A stretch of DNA of 64,000 nt from NCBI GenBank assembly GCA_017380635.1, contig JAFODP010000008.1, positions 49,199 through 113,198 of the forward strand. Reading direction: 5' to 3'. This stretch comes from Bacteroidales bacterium. Its GTDB lineage: Bacteria > Bacteroidota > Bacteroidia > Bacteroidales > UBA1402. The translations under genes and the position numbers were made by a program. Below, in pieces: positions 56,282 to 64,000 of the stretch (position 1 is the stretch's first letter; every line of letters begins with the position of its first letter). The notes beneath the pieces are model-generated. The model ran no database searches. It was given only the letters and a program-made list of their open reading frames with translations, and was not told where the DNA came from.

Positions 56282-58108
56282 ATGTCTTATTGCAAAGATT
56301 ATTTCCATTATCAAAAGCGTCAGAGCCGAGAAGTAAAAATCGGCTCGCTGCTTTTGGGCGGATCGAATCCGGTTCGTCTGCAATCGATGACCAACACTTC
56401 CACCCTCGACACCGAAGGCAGCATCGCTCAAGCGCAAGCCATTATCGAAGCGGGTGGTGCCTTGGTCCGTCTCACAGCCCAAGGCGTGAAAGAAGCAGAA
56501 AATCTGGCTAATATCCGTCAAGGATTGCGAGAGAAAGGATACACCACGCCTCTGGTGGCCGATATTCACTTCAATCCAAAAGCCGCCGAAGCAGCCGCCT
56601 GTCATGTGGAAAAAGTACGCATCAATCCGGGCAACTTTGCCGATCCCATGCCGGCCGGCGTACAAAGCGAAGACGACGTGCAAGCCGCCATCCGTGCCCG
56701 TTTCGTGCCCTTTCTTAATCTTTGCAAAGAACATCAAACCGCTATCCGCATCGGTGTGAACCATGGTTCGCTTTCGGCCCGCATGATGAAACGCCATGGC
56801 GACACGCCGCAAGGCATGGTGGCTTCCTGCATGGAATATCTGCGCATCTGCATCGAGGAACAATTTTACAACGTGGTGATTTCTATCAAGGCGTCCAACA
56901 CTTTGGTGATGGTGCAGACCGTACGACTGCTCGTTCAGGAAATGGAAAAAGAGGGCATGGATTTTCCCTTGCATCTGGGCGTTACCGAAGCCGGAGACGG
57001 TGAAGACGGACGCATCAAATCGGCAGTGGGCATAGGCGCCTTGTTGGCCGACGGCATCGGCGATACCATTCGCGTCAGCCTGAGCGAAGATCCGCAAGTG
57101 GAAGTGCCCGTTGCGCGACAGTTGCGCGACTACATTGCCCGACGCGAAAATCATGCTACCATTGCAGCCGAAGCTTACGAGCCTTTCGACCCATTCCAAT
57201 TTCATAGACGCGACAGTTATCGTTGCGGCATCGTGGGCGGCGCACAAGCGCCCGTGGTGATTGCAGATATCAGCCATATCCAAACCGAAGAAAAAAGCCA
57301 AGCCGCGCTGGAAGCCGATTTCTATTATGTCGGACAACACTTGCCCGAGCAAGCCGAAGCAGGCAAACGTTATCTCTGCGACAGCCAAGTGTATCAGCAA
57401 CAAGCACAGACTTATCCCCTGTTTACCCTGGCGCAATGGGAAGCGCTCCAGCAAAGCCAAGCCGACATCCGTTTCTTGCAACTGAGTTATCAAGAACTTG
57501 ACGACCAGTTGTTGTCATGGCTTTCGCAGCAGGAAAATGTAGTGCTGTTGCTTCGTTCTTCGCATATCAATCCGGTGGCAGAAATGCGTGCTCTTTTCCA
57601 TCGTCTGTTGCGTGAAAATTGTCTTTGTCCGGTGGTGTTGCAGGCCGATTATCAAGTGAAAACGCTGGAAGAATTGCAATTGTTTGCGGCCGCCGATTTC
57701 GGTGCTCTCCTACTCGATGGTTTTGGCGACGGATTGATGCTTCAGGCCGATAGTCAGAGTACACAAAGTTGCATCAGTACGATGTTTGCCATTTTGCAGG
57801 CAGCCCGTCTGAGAATTTCGCGCACGGAATACATTTCTTGTCCCAGCTGCGGACGAACCCTTTTCGATTTGCAGAAAACCATTGCGCACGTAAAAGCCGG
57901 CACCGCCCATCTGAAAGGCTTAAAAATCGCCATCATGGGTTGTATCGTGAATGGCCCGGGCGAAATGGCCGATGCCGATTATGGTTATGTAGGTGCGGGA
58001 CGCGGAAAAATCAGCTTGTACAAAGGACAAAACTGCATCGAAAAGAATATTCCCGAAGAAGAAGCCCTGGCCCGATTGCTCGAATTGATACAGCAATACG
58101 AAGGCTAA
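56282..58108 (+). CDS. ispG: 4-hydroxy-3-methylbut-2-en-1-yl diphosphate synthase, long form with inserted domain
   Basis: N-terminal TIM-barrel blocks VRLQSMTNT, VADIHFN and RINPGN. C-terminal 4Fe-4S blocks ISCPSCGRT and MGCIVNGPGEM. About 250 extra residues lie between them, as in the long IspG class. Confidence 0.92.
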   Translation: MSYCKDYFHYQKRQSREVKIGSLLLGGSNPVRLQSMTNTSTLDTEGSIAQAQAIIEAGGALVRLTAQGVKEAENLANIRQGLREKGYTTPLVADIHFNPKAAEAAACHVEKVRINPGNFADPMPAGVQSEDDVQAAIRARFVPFLNLCKEHQTAIRIGVNHGSLSARMMKRHGDTPQGMVASCMEYLRICIEEQFYNVVISIKASNTLVMVQTVRLLVQEMEKEGMDFPLHLGVTEAGDGEDGRIKSAVGIGALLADGIGDTIRVSLSEDPQVEVPVARQLRDYIARRENHATIAAEAYEPFDPFQFHRRDSYRCGIVGGAQAPVVIADISHIQTEEKSQAALEADFYYVGQHLPEQAEAGKRYLCDSQVYQQQAQTYPLFTLAQWEALQQSQADIRFLQLSYQELDDQLLSWLSQQENVVLLLRSSHINPVAEMRALFHRLLRENCLCPVVLQADYQVKTLEELQLFAAADFGALLLDGFGDGLMLQADSQSTQSCISTMFAILQAARLRISRTEYISCPSCGRTLFDLQKTIAHVKAGTAHLKGLKIAIMGCIVNGPGEMADADYGYVGAGRGKISLYKGQNCIEKNIPEEEALARLLELIQQYEG

Positions 58109-58121
58109 GCCAAGTAAATTT

Positions 58122-60425
58122 TTAGAAAGGATAACCGATGGCAATGTGAGCGGCAAAGTCGTTCCAGCTGTCGATGTGTTTGATGCGCCATCTTTCGTCT
58201 GAGGTCAATCCACTGGGATCGTAAACTTTCATACCTCCATCGATACGAATCAGGAAGAAATTGAAATTCAAACGAATACCCATTCCGACGCTGCAAGCAA
58301 TTTCTTCGTAGAAACTATTCCAATGAAATTGTCCGCCGGGTTGGTTGTCGTAATTGCGCAAAGTCCAGATATTTCCTGCATCGATAAAGTAAGCGCCTTC
58401 GAGCAACCAAAACCATTTGTGTCGTAATTCAAGGTTCAAATCGAGCTTCACGTCGCCCGACTGGTTCATAAAGTCGATGCCGCTCAAGGGTGAACGGAAA
58501 CTACCCGGACCGAGACGTCTCACCGACCATCCGCGCACCGAGTTGGCGCCACCCGAATAAAAACGTTTTTCGAAAGGAAGAATCTTGGAATTGCCATAAG
58601 GATAAGCCACGCCCACGCCGGCACGAGCTGCCAGACGCATATTTTCGGTGAGCGGAATATGGCGCGTCGCTTCCAACTCAGCTTTCAGATATTGCGAAAA
58701 AGGAATCTTACCTATATTATATTGTCCTTCGTCATCCGGATGTCCCAATTGTTTGTAAGCCAAATACAAAAGATTTCCTGCCGATTCCACATTGGCACGC
58801 AAGGTATAATAACGACGATTGTCTTTGTCCAAACCCGTGGGAATACTTGAATAACTGATGCCGTACGAAGAACTTACAATGAACTGGTCTTCATAACTAT
58901 ATCGCAAATACGAACCTTCTTTCAGATAATTAGCCTTGAAGGCCGAGTCGATGCGTTCTTCAGGCATGTGCGTGTAGGCAAAATCGATCGGATTGAAATT
59001 TTGTCGAACGCGGGGATTCTGCCAAGCATATTCCATGGAGAGCGCCGCCGTGGTTCGCCAGAATTCCGGACGCGCAAGGTTGTCGTAATTCAAAGAGAAA
59101 GTAGTAGATGAAGCCGAACGCGTCTTGCTCGTTTTTTTATCGGGGAAGAAAAGCAAATCGGGGAAAGCCAATTGCAACTCGCCGCCATATTCCCAATAAT
59201 CGTTGCTGAAAGAGGCAGACAAAGCTTCGTAAGCACCACGGGCATTGATATTGAAAACTTCACCTCCGCCAAAGATATTCTGATGCATGTAGCTTCCCAG
59301 CAAAGCCGCGCCCAAATCGCCGGCCGTATTGGTGCCTTCCACATCGATAGAAAAAACGTGATAAGGATTGGGCGACAGAACGATATACACATCCAAGGAA
59401 GGTTCTTGGGCCGAAACATCCAAAAAGCGGATATTCACATATTTCAGACATTCTATCTGATTGAAATTCGTATAGGTTCGCGACACATCGTCAACGCGGT
59501 AAAGACTGCCCGGCTCAATGAAACATTGTTGCAACAAGGTCTTGGGCGAGAGAAAAGGCTCGTTGCGATACACCATATAATTATTCTCGGCAATCTGCAA
59601 AGTATCGTAATCGGAAAGCATGAAGCGATTTTCTGCACGCGAAAAAGACGAAGTCTGAACATCTAGCAAGAAATACACTTTGTTGATGGTATATACCTGA
59701 TGTTCTTCGTATTTCACTTCGTTGGTCACCATGCGCGTGTAAGGCTTGAGTTGCAAATTTACATCCACTTGACGATGGCCCACCGCACTGTCTACCAAGT
59801 AGCTGAAATGGTCGCGATTGATGGCGTAATATCCTTGATTGCGCGCAATATTCACCAAACGGGAACGCTCTGCATTCAACAAATCGCTATTGAAAGGTTT
59901 GCCTTGCTTAATGTCGGATTGCTTCATGGAAACGTGGATAATGGAATCCAAAGCCGAAGCGTTGTTGTCGTAATGATACTGACGGAAGGAATAGGGAGCA
60001 CCGGCCTTCACCGAATACAAGGTTTTCACTTTCTGTTTGGGAAGATGATCGGCCTTCACATCGACCGAAGCATTGAAATAGCCACGATTGAACAGATATT
60101 GCTCCATGGCTCGCTGGCTGCGTTCCGACTGATGTTCGTCGTAGATAACCGGCGCGTCGCCAATCTTGCGCAAGAAACGATTCACCCATTTGCTGGTATC
60201 CTGTCCCGAAAGATTATACAGAGCCAAATCCATGTTGAACAAACCCAGAAAGCGATGGTTGGGCTGCTGACGCATTTGCGCCTTCAATTCCGATTTGGAA
60301 AGTTCCGGCTTATCGACCTTCACTTTGGTGTGAAACAGCAATTCCTCATTTTCGGGCACGTATTTAGTACTGCTACAAGCCTGCAGCAGAATGAATGCCA
60401 ACAAAAGGAAAATGAGACGTTTCAT
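58122..60425 (-). CDS. Omp85-family outer membrane protein with lipoprotein signal peptide (TamL-like)
   Basis: Start at ATG 60425: MKRLIFLLLAFILLQAC/SS (lipobox). POTRA-like N-terminus. Omp85 barrel with RFYSGGANSVRGW. C-terminus ...HIAIGYPF. Confidence 0.75.
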   Translation of the reverse strand: MKRLIFLLLAFILLQACSSTKYVPENEELLFHTKVKVDKPELSKSELKAQMRQQPNHRFLGLFNMDLALYNLSGQDTSKWVNRFLRKIGDAPVIYDEHQSERSQRAMEQYLFNRGYFNASVDVKADHLPKQKVKTLYSVKAGAPYSFRQYHYDNNASALDSIIHVSMKQSDIKQGKPFNSDLLNAERSRLVNIARNQGYYAINRDHFSYLVDSAVGHRQVDVNLQLKPYTRMVTNEVKYEEHQVYTINKVYFLLDVQTSSFSRAENRFMLSDYDTLQIAENNYMVYRNEPFLSPKTLLQQCFIEPGSLYRVDDVSRTYTNFNQIECLKYVNIRFLDVSAQEPSLDVYIVLSPNPYHVFSIDVEGTNTAGDLGAALLGSYMHQNIFGGGEVFNINARGAYEALSASFSNDYWEYGGELQLAFPDLLFFPDKKTSKTRSASSTTFSLNYDNLARPEFWRTTAALSMEYAWQNPRVRQNFNPIDFAYTHMPEERIDSAFKANYLKEGSYLRYSYEDQFIVSSSYGISYSSIPTGLDKDNRRYYTLRANVESAGNLLYLAYKQLGHPDDEGQYNIGKIPFSQYLKAELEATRHIPLTENMRLAARAGVGVAYPYGNSKILPFEKRFYSGGANSVRGWSVRRLGPGSFRSPLSGIDFMNQSGDVKLDLNLELRHKWFWLLEGAYFIDAGNIWTLRNYDNQPGGQFHWNSFYEEIACSVGMGIRLNFNFFLIRIDGGMKVYDPSGLTSDERWRIKHIDSWNDFAAHIAIGYPF

Positions 60426-60479
60426 TTCTGAGAATGTTTGCGCAAAAATACAATTTCTTTTGTACATTCGCTGCCCAAA

Positions 60480-61238
60480 ATGAATGTTATGCTCAGCAAA
60501 GCCAAGATAAAATGGATTCACAGCCTCGAAATGAAAAAGTTTCGCAACGAATACGGGCTGTTTTTGGCCGAAGGTCATAAGTTGGTAGGCGATTTGCTTC
60601 CCTTACTCTCTTGCAGATTTCTGGCAGCCACGCCCAAATGGTTGGCGCAACATCCGGCCGTCAAAGCCGACGAAATTTGCGAAGTGAACGACGAAGAATT
60701 GCGTCGAGCCAGCATTCAACAACATCCGCAAGAAGTCTTGGCCGTTTTCGAAATTCCTCAGCATCAACTCTCTATCGACGAATTGAACAATAGTTTATCG
60801 TTAGCGCTGGATGGCGTACAAGATCCGGGCAATCTGGGCACCATTATCCGCATTGCCGATTGGTTCGGTATTGAAAATGTGATTTGTTCGAAAGATACGG
60901 TGGACGCTTACAATCCTAAAACCATACAGGCCAGCATGGGCGCCATCGGTCGAGTAAAAGTGCATTATGGCGTGCTGCCGGAATTGTTCAAGCAAGTGCA
61001 AGTGCCCCTCTTTGGCACCTTTCTGGAAGGAGAAAATATTTACCGCAAAACGCTGCCAGCTCAGGGCATCATCGTGATGGGCAACGAAGGCAAAGGTGTA
61101 TCCAAGGAGGTGGCTGCTTTGGTGGACGAGAAACTTTTCATTCCCAATTTCCCGCTCGAACGTCAAGGTTCGGAATCGCTCAATGTATCAACGGCTACGG
61201 CGATCGTCTGTTCGGAGTTCCGTAGGCGCATCCAATAA
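60480..61238 (+). CDS. TrmH/SpoU family RNA methyltransferase
   Basis: LDGVQDPGNLGTIIRIADWFG, IVMGNEGKGVS and SLNVSTATAIVCSEF. The track's 5' extension to 60438 is uncertain; ATG 60480 or 60489 are candidate starts. Confidence 0.85.
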   Translation: MNVMLSKAKIKWIHSLEMKKFRNEYGLFLAEGHKLVGDLLPLLSCRFLAATPKWLAQHPAVKADEICEVNDEELRRASIQQHPQEVLAVFEIPQHQLSIDELNNSLSLALDGVQDPGNLGTIIRIADWFGIENVICSKDTVDAYNPKTIQASMGAIGRVKVHYGVLPELFKQVQVPLFGTFLEGENIYRKTLPAQGIIVMGNEGKGVSKEVAALVDEKLFIPNFPLERQGSESLNVSTATAIVCSEFRRRIQ

Positions 61239-62066
61239 CAGTTCCCGACCGGTATTCAACTGATTGATAGAGCGCAAAGGCTGTATAGAATCTTTGGCTT
61301 TGAGTTCCATCTTAGGCTTTTCTATTTGCTTGAGCGCTTCTTTTGCGGGCTCAGCATCGATGGTTGCCAAAGTATCGTTATGCGATAATGTATCGTTCTC
61401 CAAGCTCAAAGCATAGCGCGTGGCACTGGAAATCTGCTGAGTCAAATCATTATCGTTCAACCAATAAGCATAATATTGAGCCACATAATCGAGCGAATCC
61501 AGACGCGGCAAACTATCGACAGCCAAACTATCGTAAGGCAAAGCGGCCAGTGCGAGCGTATCTGCGGCCACACTATCGGGATAACAACGTAAACTCTTGG
61601 CCCAGAGCGCCACAAAATCTTCATCAATGGAAACCGTCTGCCATTTCTTATCGAATTCCGCTTTTTCGCGAGCGGCAATCTCGGCTTGTTCGCGAATCGC
61701 CAAATCTTGTTGCATCTTCTTCAGCGCTTCGGTGGTGAGATCGAGCACTTCTATCATTGTTTTCGCATGACGCGAATAATGCGATATCGAAGCATAAAAA
61801 TCATCTTCGCTTATCTGATGCTTATCTAGAATCCAATGATAAGAAACGTCCTGAAAATAATCGTTGCGCATGCCTTTCGACCATTCTCGGCGCGTCTTGG
61901 CATCCAATTGTTTGAGCATCGTTTCGGTGAGATATACATCGCAGAGCACTTGCGAAAGCTCGCGCTTGGAAAGAATGCGAGTATCTTTCCTTTGACAAGC
62001 CGGCAAAAGCAACAACAGCGCCAAAAGCAAGGCAAGGCTTCGTATATGTTTCACGAAAAAACGCAT
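61188..62066 (-). CDS. DUF4296-type lipoprotein
   Basis: Lipobox LLLLPAC/QR. N-terminal block ILSKRELSQVLCDVYLTETMLKQ. Position immediately downstream of lspA. The C-terminal half is low-complexity. Confidence 0.6.
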   Translation of the reverse strand: MRFFVKHIRSLALLLALLLLLPACQRKDTRILSKRELSQVLCDVYLTETMLKQLDAKTRREWSKGMRNDYFQDVSYHWILDKHQISEDDFYASISHYSRHAKTMIEVLDLTTEALKKMQQDLAIREQAEIAAREKAEFDKKWQTVSIDEDFVALWAKSLRCYPDSVAADTLALAALPYDSLAVDSLPRLDSLDYVAQYYAYWLNDNDLTQQISSATRYALSLENDTLSHNDTLATIDAEPAKEALKQIEKPKMELKAKDSIQPLRSINQLNTGRELLLDAPTELRTDDRRSR

Positions 62067-62068
62067 GA

Positions 62069-62701
62069 TTACTTGGTCGTCTCCTTCTTGGGTTCGAGAT
62101 CGTCCGACAAAAATCTACGGTAAAACAGCAGCAACAATATCACCCCGATGGTAATGCAGGAATCGGCAATATTGAAAACCGGACTGAAGAAAATAAAGCG
62201 ATCGCCGCCCCAGAAAGGCATCCACGCGGGCCAATAGGTATCGATGATGGGGAAATAGAGCATATCCACCACTTTACCATAAAACCAGGGAGCGTAGCCG
62301 CCATCGGCCGGCAAGAATTGCGCCACTTGTCCGTAACTATGATCGAAAATCTGTCCGTAGAACACGCAGTCGATAATATTGCCCATGGCTCCGGCCGTAA
62401 TAAGCGAAACACAAGCAATATAGCCCATCGGTGCCTGACGTTTACACAAACGATGCAAATACCAGATAAGCACACCCGAAGCCACGATACGGAACAGCGT
62501 CAGGAAGATTTTGTCGAAGAATTCCCAACCGAAAGCCATGCCTTCGTTTTCGACAAAAAGAATGTAAAACCAATCAGTTACACGAACGCTCTCGTGCAAC
62601 TGAAAATTGGTTTTAATGTAAATTTTGACTACCTGATCTATCAATATCATCAAGCAGATGATCAGTGTCGATTTCCAAGCTTTTGATAAGGTCAGCTTCA
62701 T
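62069..62701 (-). CDS. lspA: Lipoprotein signal peptidase (signal peptidase II)
   Basis: Four TM segments. Blocks NEGMAFG, AGAMGNIIDC and FNIADSCI. Confidence 0.92.
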   Translation of the reverse strand: MKLTLSKAWKSTLIICLMILIDQVVKIYIKTNFQLHESVRVTDWFYILFVENEGMAFGWEFFDKIFLTLFRIVASGVLIWYLHRLCKRQAPMGYIACVSLITAGAMGNIIDCVFYGQIFDHSYGQVAQFLPADGGYAPWFYGKVVDMLYFPIIDTYWPAWMPFWGGDRFIFFSPVFNIADSCITIGVILLLLFYRRFLSDDLEPKKETTK

Positions 62702-62704
62702 GCT

Positions 62705-63067
62705 TTATTTACCTTTAGCTTCGATGCTCAAAGTGGCATGAGGAACTGCACGCAGTCTTTCCTTGGGAATAAGTTTGCCGGTTTCGCGACAAATTCCATA
62801 GGTCTTATTGTCGATACGAACAAGTGCAGCTTCCAAGTTTTGGATAAACTTTAACTGACGTTGCGCCAAGCGCGAGATTTCTTCTCTCTGCAAAAAGCTG
62901 GCACCATCTTCGAAAGCCTTCAAAGTGGGTGCGGTATCGGAAGTTTCGTCTCCCATGATACTCTGTTGCAACTGTTCATATTCGGCACGAGCCTTGTCAA
63001 TTTTAGCTTGAATCAGTACTCTGAATTCTTCCAATTCAGCATCTGAGTAGCGAACAATTTCTGCCAT
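62705..63067 (-). CDS. DksA/TraR family protein (zinc-finger cysteines largely absent)
   Basis: 120 aa with a coiled-coil N-terminus. The C-terminus YGICRETGKLIPKERLRAVPHATLSIEAK fits the DksA C-terminal pattern but retains only one Cys. Sits in the conserved ileS-dksA-lspA position. Confidence 0.75.
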   Translation of the reverse strand: MAEIVRYSDAELEEFRVLIQAKIDKARAEYEQLQQSIMGDETSDTAPTLKAFEDGASFLQREEISRLAQRQLKFIQNLEAALVRIDNKTYGICRETGKLIPKERLRAVPHATLSIEAKGK

Positions 63068-63094
63068 AGCGATTAAAGTTTATAAGTTAAATAT

Positions 63095-64000
63095 TTAGCG
63101 TTTACTTACCTTGATGGTCAATACAACTTCGTCCAGATTCAACTCGATACCACCTTCGATAGCATCGCAAAGTTGCAAGCTGTCGGCCAAGGTTTGCGAA
63201 GCAATGTAAGAAGCGTATTCCTGCACGGCTGCGTCGGTAGCCTGATGATGCGACAGTTCGATGCTGATGCGGTCGGTAATTTCAAATTGTTGATCTTTAC
63301 GGATATTCTGGATACGATTTACCAATTCGCGGGCGATACCTTCCGAGCGCAAAGCCTCCGAAATTTCCACTTCGAGCGCCACGGTAAGACGACCTTCGGA
63401 TGCCACCAACCATCCGGGAATATCTTCCGAGATGAATTCAACGTCGCTGCTTTCGATATGGATTTCGTTGCCTTCGACATTCAAATCGTAGAAACCGGCG
63501 GCTTCGAAAGCGAAGATAGTTTCCTGATCGAGAGAGGTGAGCATGGCGGCCACTTGCTTCATCTGCTTGCCGCATTTGGGGCCCAGGAGCTTGAAGTTGG
63601 GCTTGATACGTTTTACCAAAATACCGGCGGCATTTTCCACGAAGCGCAATTCTTTCACATTCACTTCGCCCAGAATCAAATCTTTCACGGCTTCGATAGC
63701 GGCTTGTTGCTTGGCGTCCAAAGCGGGAATGATGATAGCTTGCAGCGGCTGACGCACCTTGATGTTCACCTTGCGACGCAAGGCCAATACCATGGACGAA
63801 ATCTGCTGCGCCATCTGCATACGTTCGTTCAAATCTTCGTTGATGAGCGCTTCGTCGGCCACAGGATAGAGTGCCAAGTGAACAGATTCGCTCTTGTCGC
63901 GTGCGCTCATGGCATTCAAATCGAGGAACAACTTATCGGCATAGAAAGGAGCGATGGGCGCCATCAAACGGGCCACGGTATCCAAACAGGTGTAAAGCGT
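63095..64000 (-). CDS. ileS: Isoleucine--tRNA ligase, C-terminal part (5' end outside window)
   Basis: The reading frame is open to the window edge. The anticodon-binding/C-terminal region (FYADKLFLDL...ALRRKVNIKVRQPL...) and the position upstream of dksA-lspA support IleS. Confidence 0.85.
   Translation of the reverse strand, partial: TLYTCLDTVARLMAPIAPFYADKLFLDLNAMSARDKSESVHLALYPVADEALINEDLNERMQMAQQISSMVLALRRKVNIKVRQPLQAIIIPALDAKQQAAIEAVKDLILGEVNVKELRFVENAAGILVKRIKPNFKLLGPKCGKQMKQVAAMLTSLDQETIFAFEAAGFYDLNVEGNEIHIESSDVEFISEDIPGWLVASEGRLTVALEVEISEALRSEGIARELVNRIQNIRKDQQFEITDRISIELSHHQATDAAVQEYASYIASQTLADSLQLCDAIEGGIELNLDEVVLTIKVSKR

Noticed and set aside
60426-60578. Long 5' extensions of track ORFs: TamL to 60578, GHL10 to 34898, HAD-RibF to 44029, ABC to 51234, prmC to 7272, HIT to 23180, bamA to 11200 and the 41002 TTG start.
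   Set aside because: Several of these starts are non-ATG codons (TTG/GTG) chosen only because they give the longest ORF. Internal ATGs yield proper signal peptides or canonical N-termini and remove overlaps with neighbouring genes.
61188-61238. Convergent 3'-end overlaps: trmH-like/DUF4296 51 nt, rnhB/metallophosphoesterase 41 nt at 47730-47770, membrane protein/GHL10 8 nt at 33189-33196.
   Set aside because: The overlaps are real in the sequence but common in compact genomes. There is no evidence here for a regulatory antisense function, so they are noted only as a curiosity.

Overview
The window looks like a core chromosomal segment of a Bacteroidota (Bacteroidales-type) genome. Three things point that way. 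TTTG-N19-21-TAnnTTTG promoter boxes sit in front of several genes. The conserved blocks uppS-bamA-skp-skp-murI and ileS-dksA-lspA-DUF4296 are present. Almost every signal-peptidase-I substrate has Gln right after the predicted cleavage site. I count about 60 protein genes, mostly housekeeping (argH, pyrE, folA, ribD, metK, purD, purB, purE, asnS, rnz, greA, rpoN, gcvH, ispG, rnhB, ileS), plus two tRNAs: Val-UAC and a CAU-anticodon Met/Ile2. Four regions are not ordinary. (1) 16630-22700 is a very tightly packed operon: a GT-C-like DUF2723 membrane protein, a CE4 deacetylase, a GT2-like protein and a GT2/LPS-kinase fusion. Its enzyme logic resembles Arn/Lgm/Flm-type periplasmic amino-sugar transfer. 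(2) 28204-30913 is a coupled pair of predicted outer-membrane proteins, the larger carrying a degenerate ComEA-like helix-hairpin-helix domain. (3) The 765-bp purB/tRNA-Val intergenic gap holds two tandem-repeat arrays (about 40 bp x7 and 73 bp x3). Their internal hairpins are preserved by compensatory changes. (4) Next to it lies an AT-richer two-gene module: an HTH-like protein and a membrane-anchored Hanks-type kinase. Other points of interest are domain fusions (HAD+RibF, peptidase C26+M19, GT2+kinase), low-complexity insertions (BamA Gly/Tyr tract, RluB Arg/Gly/Asn/Ser repeats, a Ser/Ala linker) and a riboswitch-like metK leader. All family assignments come from motif recognition by eye; no database search was run. 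No CRISPR array, integrase, transposase or recognisable defence genes were seen.
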